Virus record (IMG/VR): IMGVR_UViG_3300020172_003900 | Location: 1-52,423 of that record | Length of the DNA stretch: 52,423 bases | DNA from: a virus | Lineage: Duplodnaviria; Caudoviricetes | Strand: one strand, 5' to 3' | Shown: one piece after another, positions 1-10,306 of the stretch | How positions within the stretch are numbered: position 1 is the stretch's first letter | How the letters are laid out: each line of letters starts with the position of its first letter | Made by a program: the position numbers and the translations under genes | The notes under the pieces: model-generated | Database searches by the model: none | Told to the model about the DNA's origin: nothing | Seen by the model: only the letters and a program-made list of their open reading frames with translations

Positions 1-1237
1 ATAATAAAGCCGTTAATTCAGCTTCAGCATCGATGTTGTGGAAAGCCGCAACGTCTTGAGCTAACTCAGGAGACCATTGTGCTCTTAATTTTCTTTCAGT
101 TACAGAAACAGTTACTGATTCTAAGTCGAAAGAAACCTCACCAATTTTATCTTCAAATTCAAGTTCTTCATATCTTCTGTAAACACCGATGAAAGAATCA
201 CCTGATGCTGCAGTTTCAATAGTAGTACCTGTGTAACCGTCAAGAGAATCTTGACCACAAGTAGCACATACTGGACACTGTAAGTCAACTTCTAAGTAGA
301 TACAACCTGTAGCGTCACAGATATCGTAGAATGAACCACCGTTACCTGCTGGATTACTACCACTTGTTCTTGGGAAGTTAGTTTTAGTATTTTCACCGTA
401 TTGAACGATTCCTTTACCGTATTGTTGAGTTACTACTCTGAATGATAAAGAAGTAGCAGCTTCTACAGTACAAGTACTTGCAGTACTAACTTCTAAACCA
501 GGACCTGCGATAATGTGTAAGTCAGAAAGGAATGCTTCGTTATCCATTTCGTTACCATCAGGACCGATTAATTTACCAGCACCTGCGTTAGCGAAACCAC
601 ATAATTTCATAATTACTTTTCTAACGTTTACTCCATCATACTCGTCAGTAGCGTTTACTAAGTTACTGTTAGACCAAACTTGTAATGTAGTGTTAGCCGT
701 AATAACTTCAAATCTACCTTTTGAGTAGTCGAATAAACCTGCTGGGTTTAATGTTGGTTCAGAACCTTCATAGAATAAATCGTAAAGGTTTTTAGTGTAA
801 GCACCTGTACCTTGGTAACCTGCGTCAGGGTTTCCAGGATAGTTTCCAGGAGAACCGATTGGAGCGTAGTGGTCACCAGATGTTGTAGTACCTGTGTTAT
901 AACCTTGGATTTTAGGTACGAAGTAGAACAATTTACCGATTGGTAAGTTCATTGCTTGTACTGATACGATGTCATTCGCTAATAATTTAGAGAATACTCT
1001 TCTTACGATAGGAAATACAACTGTTTCGAATGAACCAGATGAATCTGTCGCAGAAGCTTCGTTGATTAAGAAAGAAGCTTGGTTTTCATATAACTGAGCT
1101 ACGTTCTCTTTTAAGTGACCTTTAAGACCCTCTAAGAATCCTAATTTGTCCCATTTGTTGATTGTGTCTTCTTTAATAACTTTAAGGTGTTTTAAACCAA
1201 TGTTACCAACAAGACCGCTTTCTAATAATGCACCCAT
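1..1237 (-). CDS. T4 gp23-like major capsid protein (3' end runs off window)
   Basis: Not in ORF track. ATG at 1237 gives MGALLESGLVGNIG...FPIVRRVFSKLLANDIVSVQAMNLPIGKLFY...RKLRAQWSPELAQDVAAFHNIDAEAELTALL, typical gp23 motifs; lies downstream of scaffold and protease. Confidence 0.93.
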   Translation of the reverse strand, partial: MGALLESGLVGNIGLKHLKVIKEDTINKWDKLGFLEGLKGHLKENVAQLYENQASFLINEASATDSSGSFETVVFPIVRRVFSKLLANDIVSVQAMNLPIGKLFYFVPKIQGYNTGTTTSGDHYAPIGSPGNYPGNPDAGYQGTGAYTKNLYDLFYEGSEPTLNPAGLFDYSKGRFEVITANTTLQVWSNSNLVNATDEYDGVNVRKVIMKLCGFANAGAGKLIGPDGNEMDNEAFLSDLHIIAGPGLEVSTASTCTVEAATSLSFRVVTQQYGKGIVQYGENTKTNFPRTSGSNPAGNGGSFYDICDATGCIYLEVDLQCPVCATCGQDSLDGYTGTTIETAASGDSFIGVYRRYEELEFEDKIGEVSFDLESVTVSVTERKLRAQWSPELAQDVAAFHNIDAEAELTALL

Positions 1238-1264
1238 TTTAGTATTTTTTTTTTAAGTTTTATT

Positions 1265-2743
1265 TTATTTAATGATGTTCATTTTTGACATCAAATCCTT
1301 CATTCTTAAGAATTGAGGATTTTCGTAAGTTTTAGACTCAATTAAGTTAACTGCCGAACCTGAAGATGGATTTCTTTCCATTTTTTCTTGTAATGATTCT
1401 TTAACAACTGTTGCACTTCCTTGAGTAGATAACTCATCTTTTATTGTTTTATAAAGAGATTTAGACTCTTTTAAAGATTCAATGGAATCAAATCTTCTTA
1501 AAATGTTGATTTTTTCGTTTTTAGTTGTTGAATGTTCTGTGAATAATCTTGTAGCGTATGCTAAATTTGAATTAAACACTGCAACTTCATTTAACTTACT
1601 TCTGAAAATGTTTAAAGCTTTTCTATACTCTTCGTTTCTTTCTCTTAAAGTAACTAGCTCTTTTTCTACGTTCTCAACTTTTAAGTGACGTGGTGCTGCT
1701 TTTGGTTTATCTAAACCATTTCTACCCCATCTTTTTCCATTACCTAAGGTTCTTGATGCTTCAGAAGTTTCACCGTCTTGTTTAACAGTCTTTTTCATTT
1801 CCATCTTTTTACCTTCTTTGTATTCGAATTTAGGTTTACCCATTCCCATACCTTTTGGTTTCATTGTCATAGAACCTTCTTTAGTTTCCATCTTTTTACC
1901 TTCTTTGTATTCGAATTTAGGTTTACCCATTCCCATACCTTTTGGTTTGAATCCTTCTTTTGTTTCTGATTTTTTAATATCAGCGTTTTCGTTCCAGCCT
2001 TCATTGAATTCAAATTCTTCTTCAGATTCTTCGTCATCGAAGCTTCCTAAGTTTTCTAAGTTGTCAAAGTTGATTTCAAACTCTTCGTCTTCATCTTCAT
2101 CGTCCATAGAAATTTCTTCGAAATCTTCCATATCGTCATCCATTTCAATTTCAAACATAACTTCAGAATCATCGTCATCATCAGATTCTTCAATGTCTAA
2201 TTCAACATCGAAATCATCTTCACTTTCACCTAACGAAATTTTATATTCAACGTCTTCATTAGCATCTTCAAGGTCAATTGTATCACCGTCTTTTTTTACA
2301 ATAATACCGTCTTCCTCACCCATTGCTTTGAACACTTTTAAAATTTCTTCGTCAGATGCCATAGTTAAATCGATTGGTTCTTCGTCATCCATATCCATAG
2401 ATGTGAAATCGAACTCATCATCAGCAGACATATCATCCATATCTTCAGTATCGTCCATACCTTCAATATCTTCTAAATCGTCCGCCATATCATCGTCCAT
2501 TTCGTTATCATCTGAATCCTCGTCTTCTACATCTTCAATATCAGTATCCAATTGTTCGTCAACTTCCATTGTGATGTCTTCAAGGTCAGAATCTTCTTCA
2601 GTCTTTAAAGACTCTTTTACTAATTCGCTGATTTCTTGCTTCATTGTTGAAGCTAGTATTCCTTTTGCATTTTCAGCAACTACATTTTCCAAACTTTTCA
2701 TTTGGATTAGTGCCTCTTCTACAAGATTTTGTTTTTCTGCCAT
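1265..2743 (-). CDS. Prohead core scaffolding protein (gp22-like), very acidic
   Basis: Between protease and MCP; D/E-rich middle, coiled-coil C-terminus; start moved to MAEKQNL (2743). Confidence 0.75.
   Translation of the reverse strand: MAEKQNLVEEALIQMKSLENVVAENAKGILASTMKQEISELVKESLKTEEDSDLEDITMEVDEQLDTDIEDVEDEDSDDNEMDDDMADDLEDIEGMDDTEDMDDMSADDEFDFTSMDMDDEEPIDLTMASDEEILKVFKAMGEEDGIIVKKDGDTIDLEDANEDVEYKISLGESEDDFDVELDIEESDDDDDSEVMFEIEMDDDMEDFEEISMDDEDEDEEFEINFDNLENLGSFDDEESEEEFEFNEGWNENADIKKSETKEGFKPKGMGMGKPKFEYKEGKKMETKEGSMTMKPKGMGMGKPKFEYKEGKKMEMKKTVKQDGETSEASRTLGNGKRWGRNGLDKPKAAPRHLKVENVEKELVTLRERNEEYRKALNIFRSKLNEVAVFNSNLAYATRLFTEHSTTKNEKINILRRFDSIESLKESKSLYKTIKDELSTQGSATVVKESLQEKMERNPSSGSAVNLIESKTYENPQFLRMKDLMSKMNIIK
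1798..1948 (-). repeat. Exact 64-nt duplication (period 87 nt) inside scaffold gene encoding KPKGMGMGKPKFEYKEGKKME x2
   Basis: 1798-1861 identical to 1885-1948. Confidence 0.9.
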
Positions 2744-2909
2744 TTTTGATTTTATTTGTATATAAATATTTCCAAATATCAAAAAAGATTAAGATAACGA
2801 TATTGTTAAATTAATTTTTTTAGATTATTGGGTTTATTTTTTTATTTTTTTATAAATTAACGTCAGATTTAAGTATATAATACAACAAATATAAATATCA
2901 CCATAAACG

Positions 2910-2937
2910 AAAAAAGGAGGACTATTGTCCTCCTTTT
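2910..2937 (-). terminator. Intrinsic terminator (possibly bidirectional)
   Basis: AAAAAAGGAGGAC-TATT-GTCCTCCTTTT hairpin with flanking A/T tracts. Confidence 0.8.
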
Positions 2938-2955
2938 AAATAATTTATCTATTGA

Positions 2956-3168
2956 TTAGTCTTCGATAACTTCATCAATTTTACTTTCAGATACTGAAGT
3001 GATTCTCCAATCTTGGCTAAATGATTCATATCTTTTAGTAACTTTAGCCTCAACGTCTGTTACTGAAAAACCTTTAACCAATTTTTCTTCTCTGATTTTT
3101 TTAATCTTCCCTGTATTCTCGTCAGGTAAATCGTACTGAATTTTTGCTACAAAATATTTTTCGTCCAT
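2956..3168 (-). CDS. Small protein, DUF4494-like
   Basis: YFVAKIQY...GKIKKIREEKLVKGFSVTDVEAKV...ITSVSESKIDEV resembles Bacteroidota DUF4494 (from memory). Confidence 0.55.
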   Translation of the reverse strand: MDEKYFVAKIQYDLPDENTGKIKKIREEKLVKGFSVTDVEAKVTKRYESFSQDWRITSVSESKIDEVIED

Positions 3169-3173
3169 AATAA

Positions 3174-3902
3174 TTATTTTCCTAAATAATCGGATAATTT
3201 TTTCATTAAGTCAAGCGATTTGTTTCCTGAATTAACATTCATACCTGTTGCCCTTGCCATTTGCATCTTTTTTTCCTCATCTAAATTCTCTTCATAGTTT
3301 GTTCTATCTTCAGGATTTAAAAATAAGTAAGCTCCTGGTGTTGATGGTGATGATACTAAATCAAAACAAATTAATTCGAAATCGTCTTGTACTTCATTTT
3401 GTTCTCCCTTTTTTGCTAAAGACCCAACCCCTCTTGAAGAGATACCTAAAGTAACTCCTTGTCTTAGATAGTTTGCGGCCATATCTCCTTTACAGGAAAT
3501 TACCCCTCTTTCGTGAAAACCTGGTGATGTTAATAATTTAATCTTACCCATTAGGATATTACCTTCCCACCAAATATCGGTAATTGAGTGGGACACTCTG
3601 TCTAAATCAATTAAAGATGATTCAGGGTGATTTAATTCTGAAAGTGCGGTACCTTTAGCAATTGCTTTTTTATAATTATCCGCTTCTCTTTTTAATATTC
3701 TTTCAGGATAAACTCTACCATTTCTATTTGGTGTATTGTATTTCTGTAAAACCGCATAGAATTCAAATGGTTTTGAATAATCTAAAAAATTCTTAGATTC
3801 TTTGATTATCTCTGAATTATATTTGTCGTTTGGTGACACATATCCAGCATCCCATTCAATCAGTATTCCTTTACCTGTTTCGCTTGGTCCTAATATTTTC
3901 AT
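3174..3902 (-). CDS. Prohead core protease (T4 gp21-like)
   Basis: NRNGRVYP, ELNHP, GISSRGVGS, FDLVSSPSTPGA motifs. Confidence 0.92.
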   Translation of the reverse strand: MKILGPSETGKGILIEWDAGYVSPNDKYNSEIIKESKNFLDYSKPFEFYAVLQKYNTPNRNGRVYPERILKREADNYKKAIAKGTALSELNHPESSLIDLDRVSHSITDIWWEGNILMGKIKLLTSPGFHERGVISCKGDMAANYLRQGVTLGISSRGVGSLAKKGEQNEVQDDFELICFDLVSSPSTPGAYLFLNPEDRTNYEENLDEEKKMQMARATGMNVNSGNKSLDLMKKLSDYLGK

Positions 3903-3946
3903 TTTTTTCTTTTCTAAATAAATATACAGTAATTTGGATATTATAT

Positions 3947-4393
3947 TTAAACCTTTGAAGTTTGTTTTTTGGTTAATGTAAAACTAAAGTCTTCATTTTT
4001 AATAAAATTGTTTTTAATGATTTCGTCTGATATTGATTTTATACTATGTTTTAAGTCTATTGATTTAAAATCATTGTCAGGTTCTTTAAGATATAAGTAA
4101 CATTCTAAATTTAAAAAAGATTTTTTATTTAATTGTATCCCACTTGACCTAAGGTCTAAATCTACAATAAATTTATCTTCAAAAATACTTGTATTTATTG
4201 ACTCAAGGACTGAATGTTTTATTGACCTTGAGAGGTTATTTACAACCCTATTAGGTGATTCAATTTCAATCTTAGGTTCCGCCCAAGTTTGAATGTTTAT
4301 GTAAATTGACTTTAAATTTTTTGAATCTACCGTACCATAATTAACTTTGTAATTTCGGTACCCCGAAAGTTTTGCACTTTTGCCTTTTTTCAT
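3947..4393 (-). CDS. Hypothetical protein
   Basis: 148-aa ORF in head module. Confidence 0.7.
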   Translation of the reverse strand: MKKGKSAKLSGYRNYKVNYGTVDSKNLKSIYINIQTWAEPKIEIESPNRVVNNLSRSIKHSVLESINTSIFEDKFIVDLDLRSSGIQLNKKSFLNLECYLYLKEPDNDFKSIDLKHSIKSISDEIIKNNFIKNEDFSFTLTKKQTSKV

Positions 4394-4489
4394 TTTTTTT
4401 CATATTGTGTACTGTTTATGTTTAGTAAAAAAATACACAATATTTTGTCATTAGTCAAAATATTTTTATATTAGCAGATATTTGTAATT

Positions 4490-4678
4490 ATGTTAATAGT
4501 AAAGATAGACCAAAAGACCCCTATTGAGAAGGCACTTAAAACTTTAAAGAGTAAAGTTATTAAGACAAAACAAAATGAGAATTTAAGGGAAAGAAAAGAG
4601 TTTGTAAAAAAATCAGTTCAAAAAAGAACGATTAAGAAAAACGCTATTTTTAGACAAAAAATTAAAGACTCTCATTAA
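4490..4678 (+). CDS. rpsU: Phage-encoded ribosomal protein bS21 (Bacteroidota type)
   Basis: MLIVKI..IEKALKTLKSKVIKT...LRERKEFVKKSVQKR; basic 62 aa, colinear with Bacteroidota bS21. Confidence 0.88.
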   Translation: MLIVKIDQKTPIEKALKTLKSKVIKTKQNENLRERKEFVKKSVQKRTIKKNAIFRQKIKDSH

Positions 4679-5366
4679 GATTTTTCAATTTCAATAATGA
4701 CACTGAATCCATAGTGTCATTTTTTATTTTTGAAATTGTCTCATCTATTTTAGACTTAGTTTCTTTGTCTGAATTTTTAGATAAAGTTTCTAATTTTTCA
4801 ATAACCATTTCGCTCAACACCTCATATCTTTTAGATATTTCACTCTCTGACAATGTAGAATATTTTTTAATTTGTTCTAAATCAGATTCGTTTAAATTTT
4901 CTAAATAATTTTTAATAGTTGAGTTAGCAACTTCTACCATTTTTTCTAACGGTATATTAATACTTTCGGTCTGAATTTTTTTAGAACTAAGAGTGTTAAC
5001 AATGTTTTGTTTACTTGCAATTATATTTTCAATGATAAATGTATTTTTATTTAATACATTATCAATATCTTTATATTGATTTTCAGACTTAACATTTTTA
5101 GTCCATTCTACTAATTTAGAAATGGTATTCTCATTAATGTTTAATCTTTGGTATATGTCAACACATTCCGATAAGTAATCATCGGCAAAATCCTTAGAAA
5201 ACCCTTTTTCTTTTGATAACTCATCATAGATATGATAAGCCATATTAAGTAGTTCGTTTTCTAAAACTAATTTTTTAAATGTTTTAATTTCATTATTAAA
5301 CGTATTAGTTTTATATGATTCAACTAATTTAGTTTCTATTTTAGATTTTAAGTGTCCAAATTCCAT
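4662..5366 (-). CDS. Hypothetical head-module protein
   Basis: Follows portal; start at MEFGHLK, downstream of an ATATTTAT motif. Confidence 0.7.
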   Translation of the reverse strand: MEFGHLKSKIETKLVESYKTNTFNNEIKTFKKLVLENELLNMAYHIYDELSKEKGFSKDFADDYLSECVDIYQRLNINENTISKLVEWTKNVKSENQYKDIDNVLNKNTFIIENIIASKQNIVNTLSSKKIQTESINIPLEKMVEVANSTIKNYLENLNESDLEQIKKYSTLSESEISKRYEVLSEMVIEKLETLSKNSDKETKSKIDETISKIKNDTMDSVSLLKLKNLNESL

Positions 5367-5389
5367 ATCAATATTTTTATTAATAAATA

Positions 5390-7225
5390 TCAACTATTTA
5401 GAAGTTTATCCAAAGCATCTCCTATTTCACCTAAAGAGTTTCTTCCTCTTGATAAATCAATCACTTCCTCTTCTGTTAAAAAGTCATCACTTTCAAGTAA
5501 AATATTTAAATTTTCTCTTTTAGATTCTGGGGTAATTCCCGCTGGTTCTGTTGTAGGTTCAGATGCAATAGGAGGTTCTTCTCCTCCACCTAAATCACTC
5601 ATCCCACCTAACGATGATGGTGATGTTTCCCCACCTGTATCATCTCCTGTTTCAGAAGTAGATGTTGTTCCAGTAGTACTACCATATAACTTGTCTACAG
5701 TATCAAAAATACCTGTTTTTGAAATTACTGTTGGGGTATCTGTTAATTCTTTACCAACTGCTCTTTCGAGTCTTTGTTGTTGTAAATCAAGTCTAATTTC
5801 CTCGTCAGAGAACCCAAGTACGTGTTTCTTAGCCCAAGATACTGATACAGGAGCAATACCTTCAATTGCGGTTACCGCATCTTTGTATAATAGTATTTTT
5901 TCTTTCCAAACATCAACTTTTAATAAATCTGCTTGTGTTGACGGATTAGTTAATGTTAATGTGAAATTAGATAATTCATCTTCAAACCCTAATAAAAATA
6001 AATGAATGATTGCAACTTTATTTAATTCTTGCAACATACTTTTTTGTATTCTATTAATAGTTCTTGCAAAACGAATATCTAATAATGATAAGTTTTTACC
6101 GTCTCCTACAGATTCTTCAAATCCTAAATAAGCTTTAGGTATTCTTAACGCGGTTACTAATTTCTTTTGAATATATTCAATATCCGCAATTTCTGAAAGG
6201 TTCTGAGCTCCTGGTAATGTTGTAATAGGGTCAGGTGCCGCCATATCACGAACAGGAATGAAGTAATCTTGGTCAACCGCCATTTGATTGAATCTCATAT
6301 CGACATTACCTGTTTTAGAGTCCACAACTTGGTCTCTTTTGAATTTGTTAGCAACACGTTGCACATACGGTTCAACGTCTTTATCATCCATATTACCGAC
6401 AAAGACTTTAAATATCCTTCTTTCAGGTGCACGTGATGTACGATATATTAACATAGCGTCTTCAGATAACAATAATTGTTTCCAAATACGTCTGGCTTTT
6501 TCCAACATAGAAGTACCATATGGGAGTTTTCTATCATCACCTAATAATCTAAAGTGAGCGATTTCCCAAGTATTAAATTCCATATCTCTATTTTTCCAAT
6601 TAAATCTTAACGCTTTTTGGTCAGATTCGTTATTGTCCAAATTAGATTTACCTTTCATACCCCTTTCAATCCTTTCGATTTCAATGTTAGGTAATTGCAT
6701 ACAACCAACAACTCCTTTGTCAGGGTCTAATTTTAAATAAACAAAATTATCACCATATTTGCAAGTGTTTCTTGTCCACATTGCTAAATTGGTATTGATG
6801 TCTAAATTATTATTAAATAAATCCGTTAATACTGATTTAATTCTTTTTGACTCTGAATATATTTGTAAAATGTAACCATTTTGGTCTGCAGTTGTAGATT
6901 CTTCAGCGTAGATATCTAAAGCCGCAGATATTTCAGGTGTATACTCCATTGATTCATAATCATAGTATGAGGCTAATCTTGTAGGTTCAAAGTAAACCCC
7001 TTGAGTATATAAATTGTTTTCAATTTTAGTCCACTGATTCGCTAAATAAACAGTTTGTTGAGCCTGTAATTTGGCTTTCTCAAATTCTTGTTGATTAGTA
7101 GTCTTAAGTAACTCTTTCTTATCATATCTAAAAGTCGGGTAATCCTGATTCAATAATGAATTAGGACCAAAAGTTTGTGATAACCTTTGCCAAACAGTTA
7201 AATTGTTATTTTTATTATTTTCCAT
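5390..7225 (-). CDS. Portal protein (T4 gp20-like)
   Basis: EDAMLIYRTSRAPERRIFKVFVGNM, DYFIPVR, ITTLPGAQNLSEIADIEY, DIRFARTINRIQ. Confidence 0.93.
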   Translation of the reverse strand: MENNKNNNLTVWQRLSQTFGPNSLLNQDYPTFRYDKKELLKTTNQQEFEKAKLQAQQTVYLANQWTKIENNLYTQGVYFEPTRLASYYDYESMEYTPEISAALDIYAEESTTADQNGYILQIYSESKRIKSVLTDLFNNNLDINTNLAMWTRNTCKYGDNFVYLKLDPDKGVVGCMQLPNIEIERIERGMKGKSNLDNNESDQKALRFNWKNRDMEFNTWEIAHFRLLGDDRKLPYGTSMLEKARRIWKQLLLSEDAMLIYRTSRAPERRIFKVFVGNMDDKDVEPYVQRVANKFKRDQVVDSKTGNVDMRFNQMAVDQDYFIPVRDMAAPDPITTLPGAQNLSEIADIEYIQKKLVTALRIPKAYLGFEESVGDGKNLSLLDIRFARTINRIQKSMLQELNKVAIIHLFLLGFEDELSNFTLTLTNPSTQADLLKVDVWKEKILLYKDAVTAIEGIAPVSVSWAKKHVLGFSDEEIRLDLQQQRLERAVGKELTDTPTVISKTGIFDTVDKLYGSTTGTTSTSETGDDTGGETSPSSLGGMSDLGGGEEPPIASEPTTEPAGITPESKRENLNILLESDDFLTEEEVIDLSRGRNSLGEIGDALDKLLNS

Positions 7226-7261
7226 ATTTTAAATTTAATCAATCAAAAAAAATTATAAAGG

Positions 7262-9031
7262 TTATCTTTGAGAACCCCCGAACAACCATAAATATTTTTG
7301 ATAATCATTTTTAGTCGCTTCATTATTATAATTATGGTGATTTGGTATTCCAGCTGGCATTACAGGATTAAACGCAATATTTCGACTAGATTCTTCGTTA
7401 TTATTAATAGTCCAAGAACTTAACATCGCCTTTGTTTGTTCAGTAACTTTAGTTAATTGATTAAATGAATTTTCACCCACATAAGTCGCCATTGCAATTG
7501 CCATAATTAAATCATCGTGATGACCTTTTTGATGGTCAGGTCTACCATTTACGTAAATAAAAGTATTCATTTCATTGAACAATCTATTACTGTAAATTTT
7601 AAATCCGTGTCTCATTGACTCTTCAAAGGATGAAATAATTTGAACACGTTTATTGTTAAAATTAAGACCTGGAATTTTGTCTAACGCTTTTGGGTCGTAT
7701 TTCCATTTATTACCCATTTCAACACCGTCAATATACAAGTTTTTATAGTTCATTTCTTGTAATTTTCTTGCGGTTGAAACCCCCATACCACCTGTGATAT
7801 CGATTACTATAAACGCATTATACATCATAGCCCATTTGTACGCAATCTCAGCAGCAACGTCTGGCGGTATTTTACCAATATATTCTAATACTTGTTCTCT
7901 CTCATCAAAATCAATAATAATCATTGATGTAAAGTCTTCAGAATCACCTCTTGATACGTCAACTCCCATAATGTATTTGTGACCTTCAACAGGTTCTTTC
8001 CACATCCATAAAGCACCACCCATCATTTTGTTGTTTGGTTCTTTTAACATATTTTGTTTAATATCCTGTAACTGTTTTGAGTCAAATACGTTATCACCTG
8101 AACCTAAGAAATTACATTCCAACTCCTGAGATACTTTACGTTTGTCGTATTTAAGTTTTTTAACCATACTTTCAAACCAAGATGAAGTTGGTTTAAACCC
8201 ATCCGAAATTTTTTGTTTTATTTCTTCAAAATCTCTAGTTCTTGGGTCGGTCTTCGATAAATCAATAATTTCTAAATCTTTATAATCTTCACGATTTAAG
8301 AAATAGTGAATTAAATCTTCAACTTTAATTAATTGTAAATCTTTTGTGTATCTTGGGTCTTTAAACCAAAACATCTCAGAGATTTTGAAATCGTTCATAC
8401 CTCTTAATGCTTGGTCATAAATCTCATAATAAATTGGGTCGTATCCGTTTGGAGTTGATACCACAATAACCTTACCCCCTGTAGATAGGGACGCCATACA
8501 CGCTGACCAAAAATCTCCGTCAGCCTCAATAAACGCGGCCTCGTCAAATATAAGAATTGTTGGGGTATATCCCCTTAACGCATCTCGTGATGTTGCTACG
8601 GCTTTAACTTCACATCCGTTAGTTAACTTATAATGTCTTTGTGAATTTTTTTCATTCGAGAATCCAACACCAGTCCAATTTGGCCACTGTTCTGTAAATC
8701 CTCTAATTTTGTTAGCCATCTCCATTGATGTATCTAACTTGTTGGCAATAATTAGAATTTTTTCAGGTTTCTTTTTAGATGCAAAAACTATTTTTTTTGA
8801 AGCCCAAGCGGCGGTAACTGTAGACACACCTGCTTGACGGTATTTTAAAGCAATATTTTCGTTATAATTTTCGTAGTCTTCAAGTAATGATACTTGGTCA
8901 GGGAATAATTCTAATGGTACATACTGTGACACAGTATTATCGTAAGTTTGTAGATAAGTTTTAAGTGCGTAAGGAGTATTCTTTACGCACTTAGTATATT
9001 CTAATATTAATTGTTCTTTTGTGAATGACAT
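7262..9031 (-). CDS. Terminase large subunit (T4 gp17-like)
   Basis: Walker A-like KYRQAGVST, Walker B LIFDEAAF, VSTPNG, nuclease GVDVSRG...HDDLIMA. Confidence 0.93.
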   Translation of the reverse strand: MSFTKEQLILEYTKCVKNTPYALKTYLQTYDNTVSQYVPLELFPDQVSLLEDYENYNENIALKYRQAGVSTVTAAWASKKIVFASKKKPEKILIIANKLDTSMEMANKIRGFTEQWPNWTGVGFSNEKNSQRHYKLTNGCEVKAVATSRDALRGYTPTILIFDEAAFIEADGDFWSACMASLSTGGKVIVVSTPNGYDPIYYEIYDQALRGMNDFKISEMFWFKDPRYTKDLQLIKVEDLIHYFLNREDYKDLEIIDLSKTDPRTRDFEEIKQKISDGFKPTSSWFESMVKKLKYDKRKVSQELECNFLGSGDNVFDSKQLQDIKQNMLKEPNNKMMGGALWMWKEPVEGHKYIMGVDVSRGDSEDFTSMIIIDFDEREQVLEYIGKIPPDVAAEIAYKWAMMYNAFIVIDITGGMGVSTARKLQEMNYKNLYIDGVEMGNKWKYDPKALDKIPGLNFNNKRVQIISSFEESMRHGFKIYSNRLFNEMNTFIYVNGRPDHQKGHHDDLIMAIAMATYVGENSFNQLTKVTEQTKAMLSSWTINNNEESSRNIAFNPVMPAGIPNHHNYNNEATKNDYQKYLWLFGGSQR

Positions 9032-9034
9032 ACA

Positions 9035-10306
9035 TTACTTAGGTCTTGAGATACCCAAGCCACCTAAGAAATCGTCAAGTCCGTCATCGTCATCTTCGTC
9101 GTCATCTTCATAACTACCTAAAGAATCTTCTAGGTCACGTTTCTTTAAATCAGAGATAATATCGTTTACCATATCTTTAACGAATTTCTGACCTTCAGGA
9201 CTACCTGATAATATTTTTTTAGCAACATTAAAAAACTCTTCAGTTTCTAATGCTGAAAATCTTGCAAATAGATAGTGTTGGATATGTTTTTTATCGTCAT
9301 CGAATAACTCAATAGGATATGCTTGTAAGAATTTCTCCCAAATAACAGGTCCTAATCTTAAATCCCATATTTCGTTTGGTAGAGTATCAGTACTACCCAT
9401 AATCATTTGTTGTGATTTAGGGTCGTCAGGTAATCCGTGAGTACCAAAAACTTCCATAACACCTTTAATTAATTCGTGAAGTAATACAGGAAAAAATACT
9501 CCTCTGGCAATAATTGTAGGAGGGTCAGTTTGGTCGTCAATTTCCTCTTTACCTGCCATACTTTGTTCATTACCCGCCATCATCATAACCGCTTCGTCAG
9601 GCATCAACCAATAAATTAAATCATTAATTGACATTAAAGTACCATACAAACTAACTAAATCAGGATTTATTTTATTTAAAGACTCTCTACTTAACTCAAA
9701 CATATAATGACCTTTTTTAGAGGACCCTTGAATTAACGCATTAATAAATCTACGTTTAGCCTTTTCTCTATCAAATTTTTCCATTGCGGACATAAAATCT
9801 TCAAGGTCTTCTTCGGCTTTTTGTCCAAATTGAGCTTCAATTTCTTCTTCCTCAGGTTCTTCACCTTGTTTTTGAAATCTACTTTGGTCAATACCTCCCA
9901 TTGGTACTAATTTAGCGTCAAATTGAAATTGGTCAGTAATACCCATCTCATCTTTAACTAACTTTACCGCTAATTTTTCTAAATATTCTTTGTTTTGAGA
10001 TTCTATTTGTAATACCTTTTGAACTGCTCCCATTAACGCTCTTTGTAATTGCATAAAAGCGTTTTGGCCAGTTATTTCCTGCATACCTGTATATCTCTTA
10101 ACTTTTTCTACAACATCTTTAAACCTTTTAGACGCCACTAATTCTTCAAAATTATCAGGTGTACCATTTTTATCTACATCTGGAAATGCAGGGTTTTTAG
10201 ATAATGTAGTCTGTTGTAATTTAAGCTTTTTTTCTAAATCAGGGTTCATTCTTTCAGAACCTGAATATTCAATAGCCTCTTTTGTATCTTTTTTTAATTT
10301 TGCCAT
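9035..10306 (-). CDS. Hypothetical structural-module protein
   Basis: 423-aa ORF coupled to terminase; acidic C-terminus. Confidence 0.7.
   Translation of the reverse strand: MAKLKKDTKEAIEYSGSERMNPDLEKKLKLQQTTLSKNPAFPDVDKNGTPDNFEELVASKRFKDVVEKVKRYTGMQEITGQNAFMQLQRALMGAVQKVLQIESQNKEYLEKLAVKLVKDEMGITDQFQFDAKLVPMGGIDQSRFQKQGEEPEEEEIEAQFGQKAEEDLEDFMSAMEKFDREKAKRRFINALIQGSSKKGHYMFELSRESLNKINPDLVSLYGTLMSINDLIYWLMPDEAVMMMAGNEQSMAGKEEIDDQTDPPTIIARGVFFPVLLHELIKGVMEVFGTHGLPDDPKSQQMIMGSTDTLPNEIWDLRLGPVIWEKFLQAYPIELFDDDKKHIQHYLFARFSALETEEFFNVAKKILSGSPEGQKFVKDMVNDIISDLKKRDLEDSLGSYEDDDEDDDDGLDDFLGGLGISRPK

Noticed and set aside
2761-2768. T4 late promoter TATAAATA
   Set aside because: It lies on the template strand relative to the downstream gene; treated as the RTATTTAT motif instead
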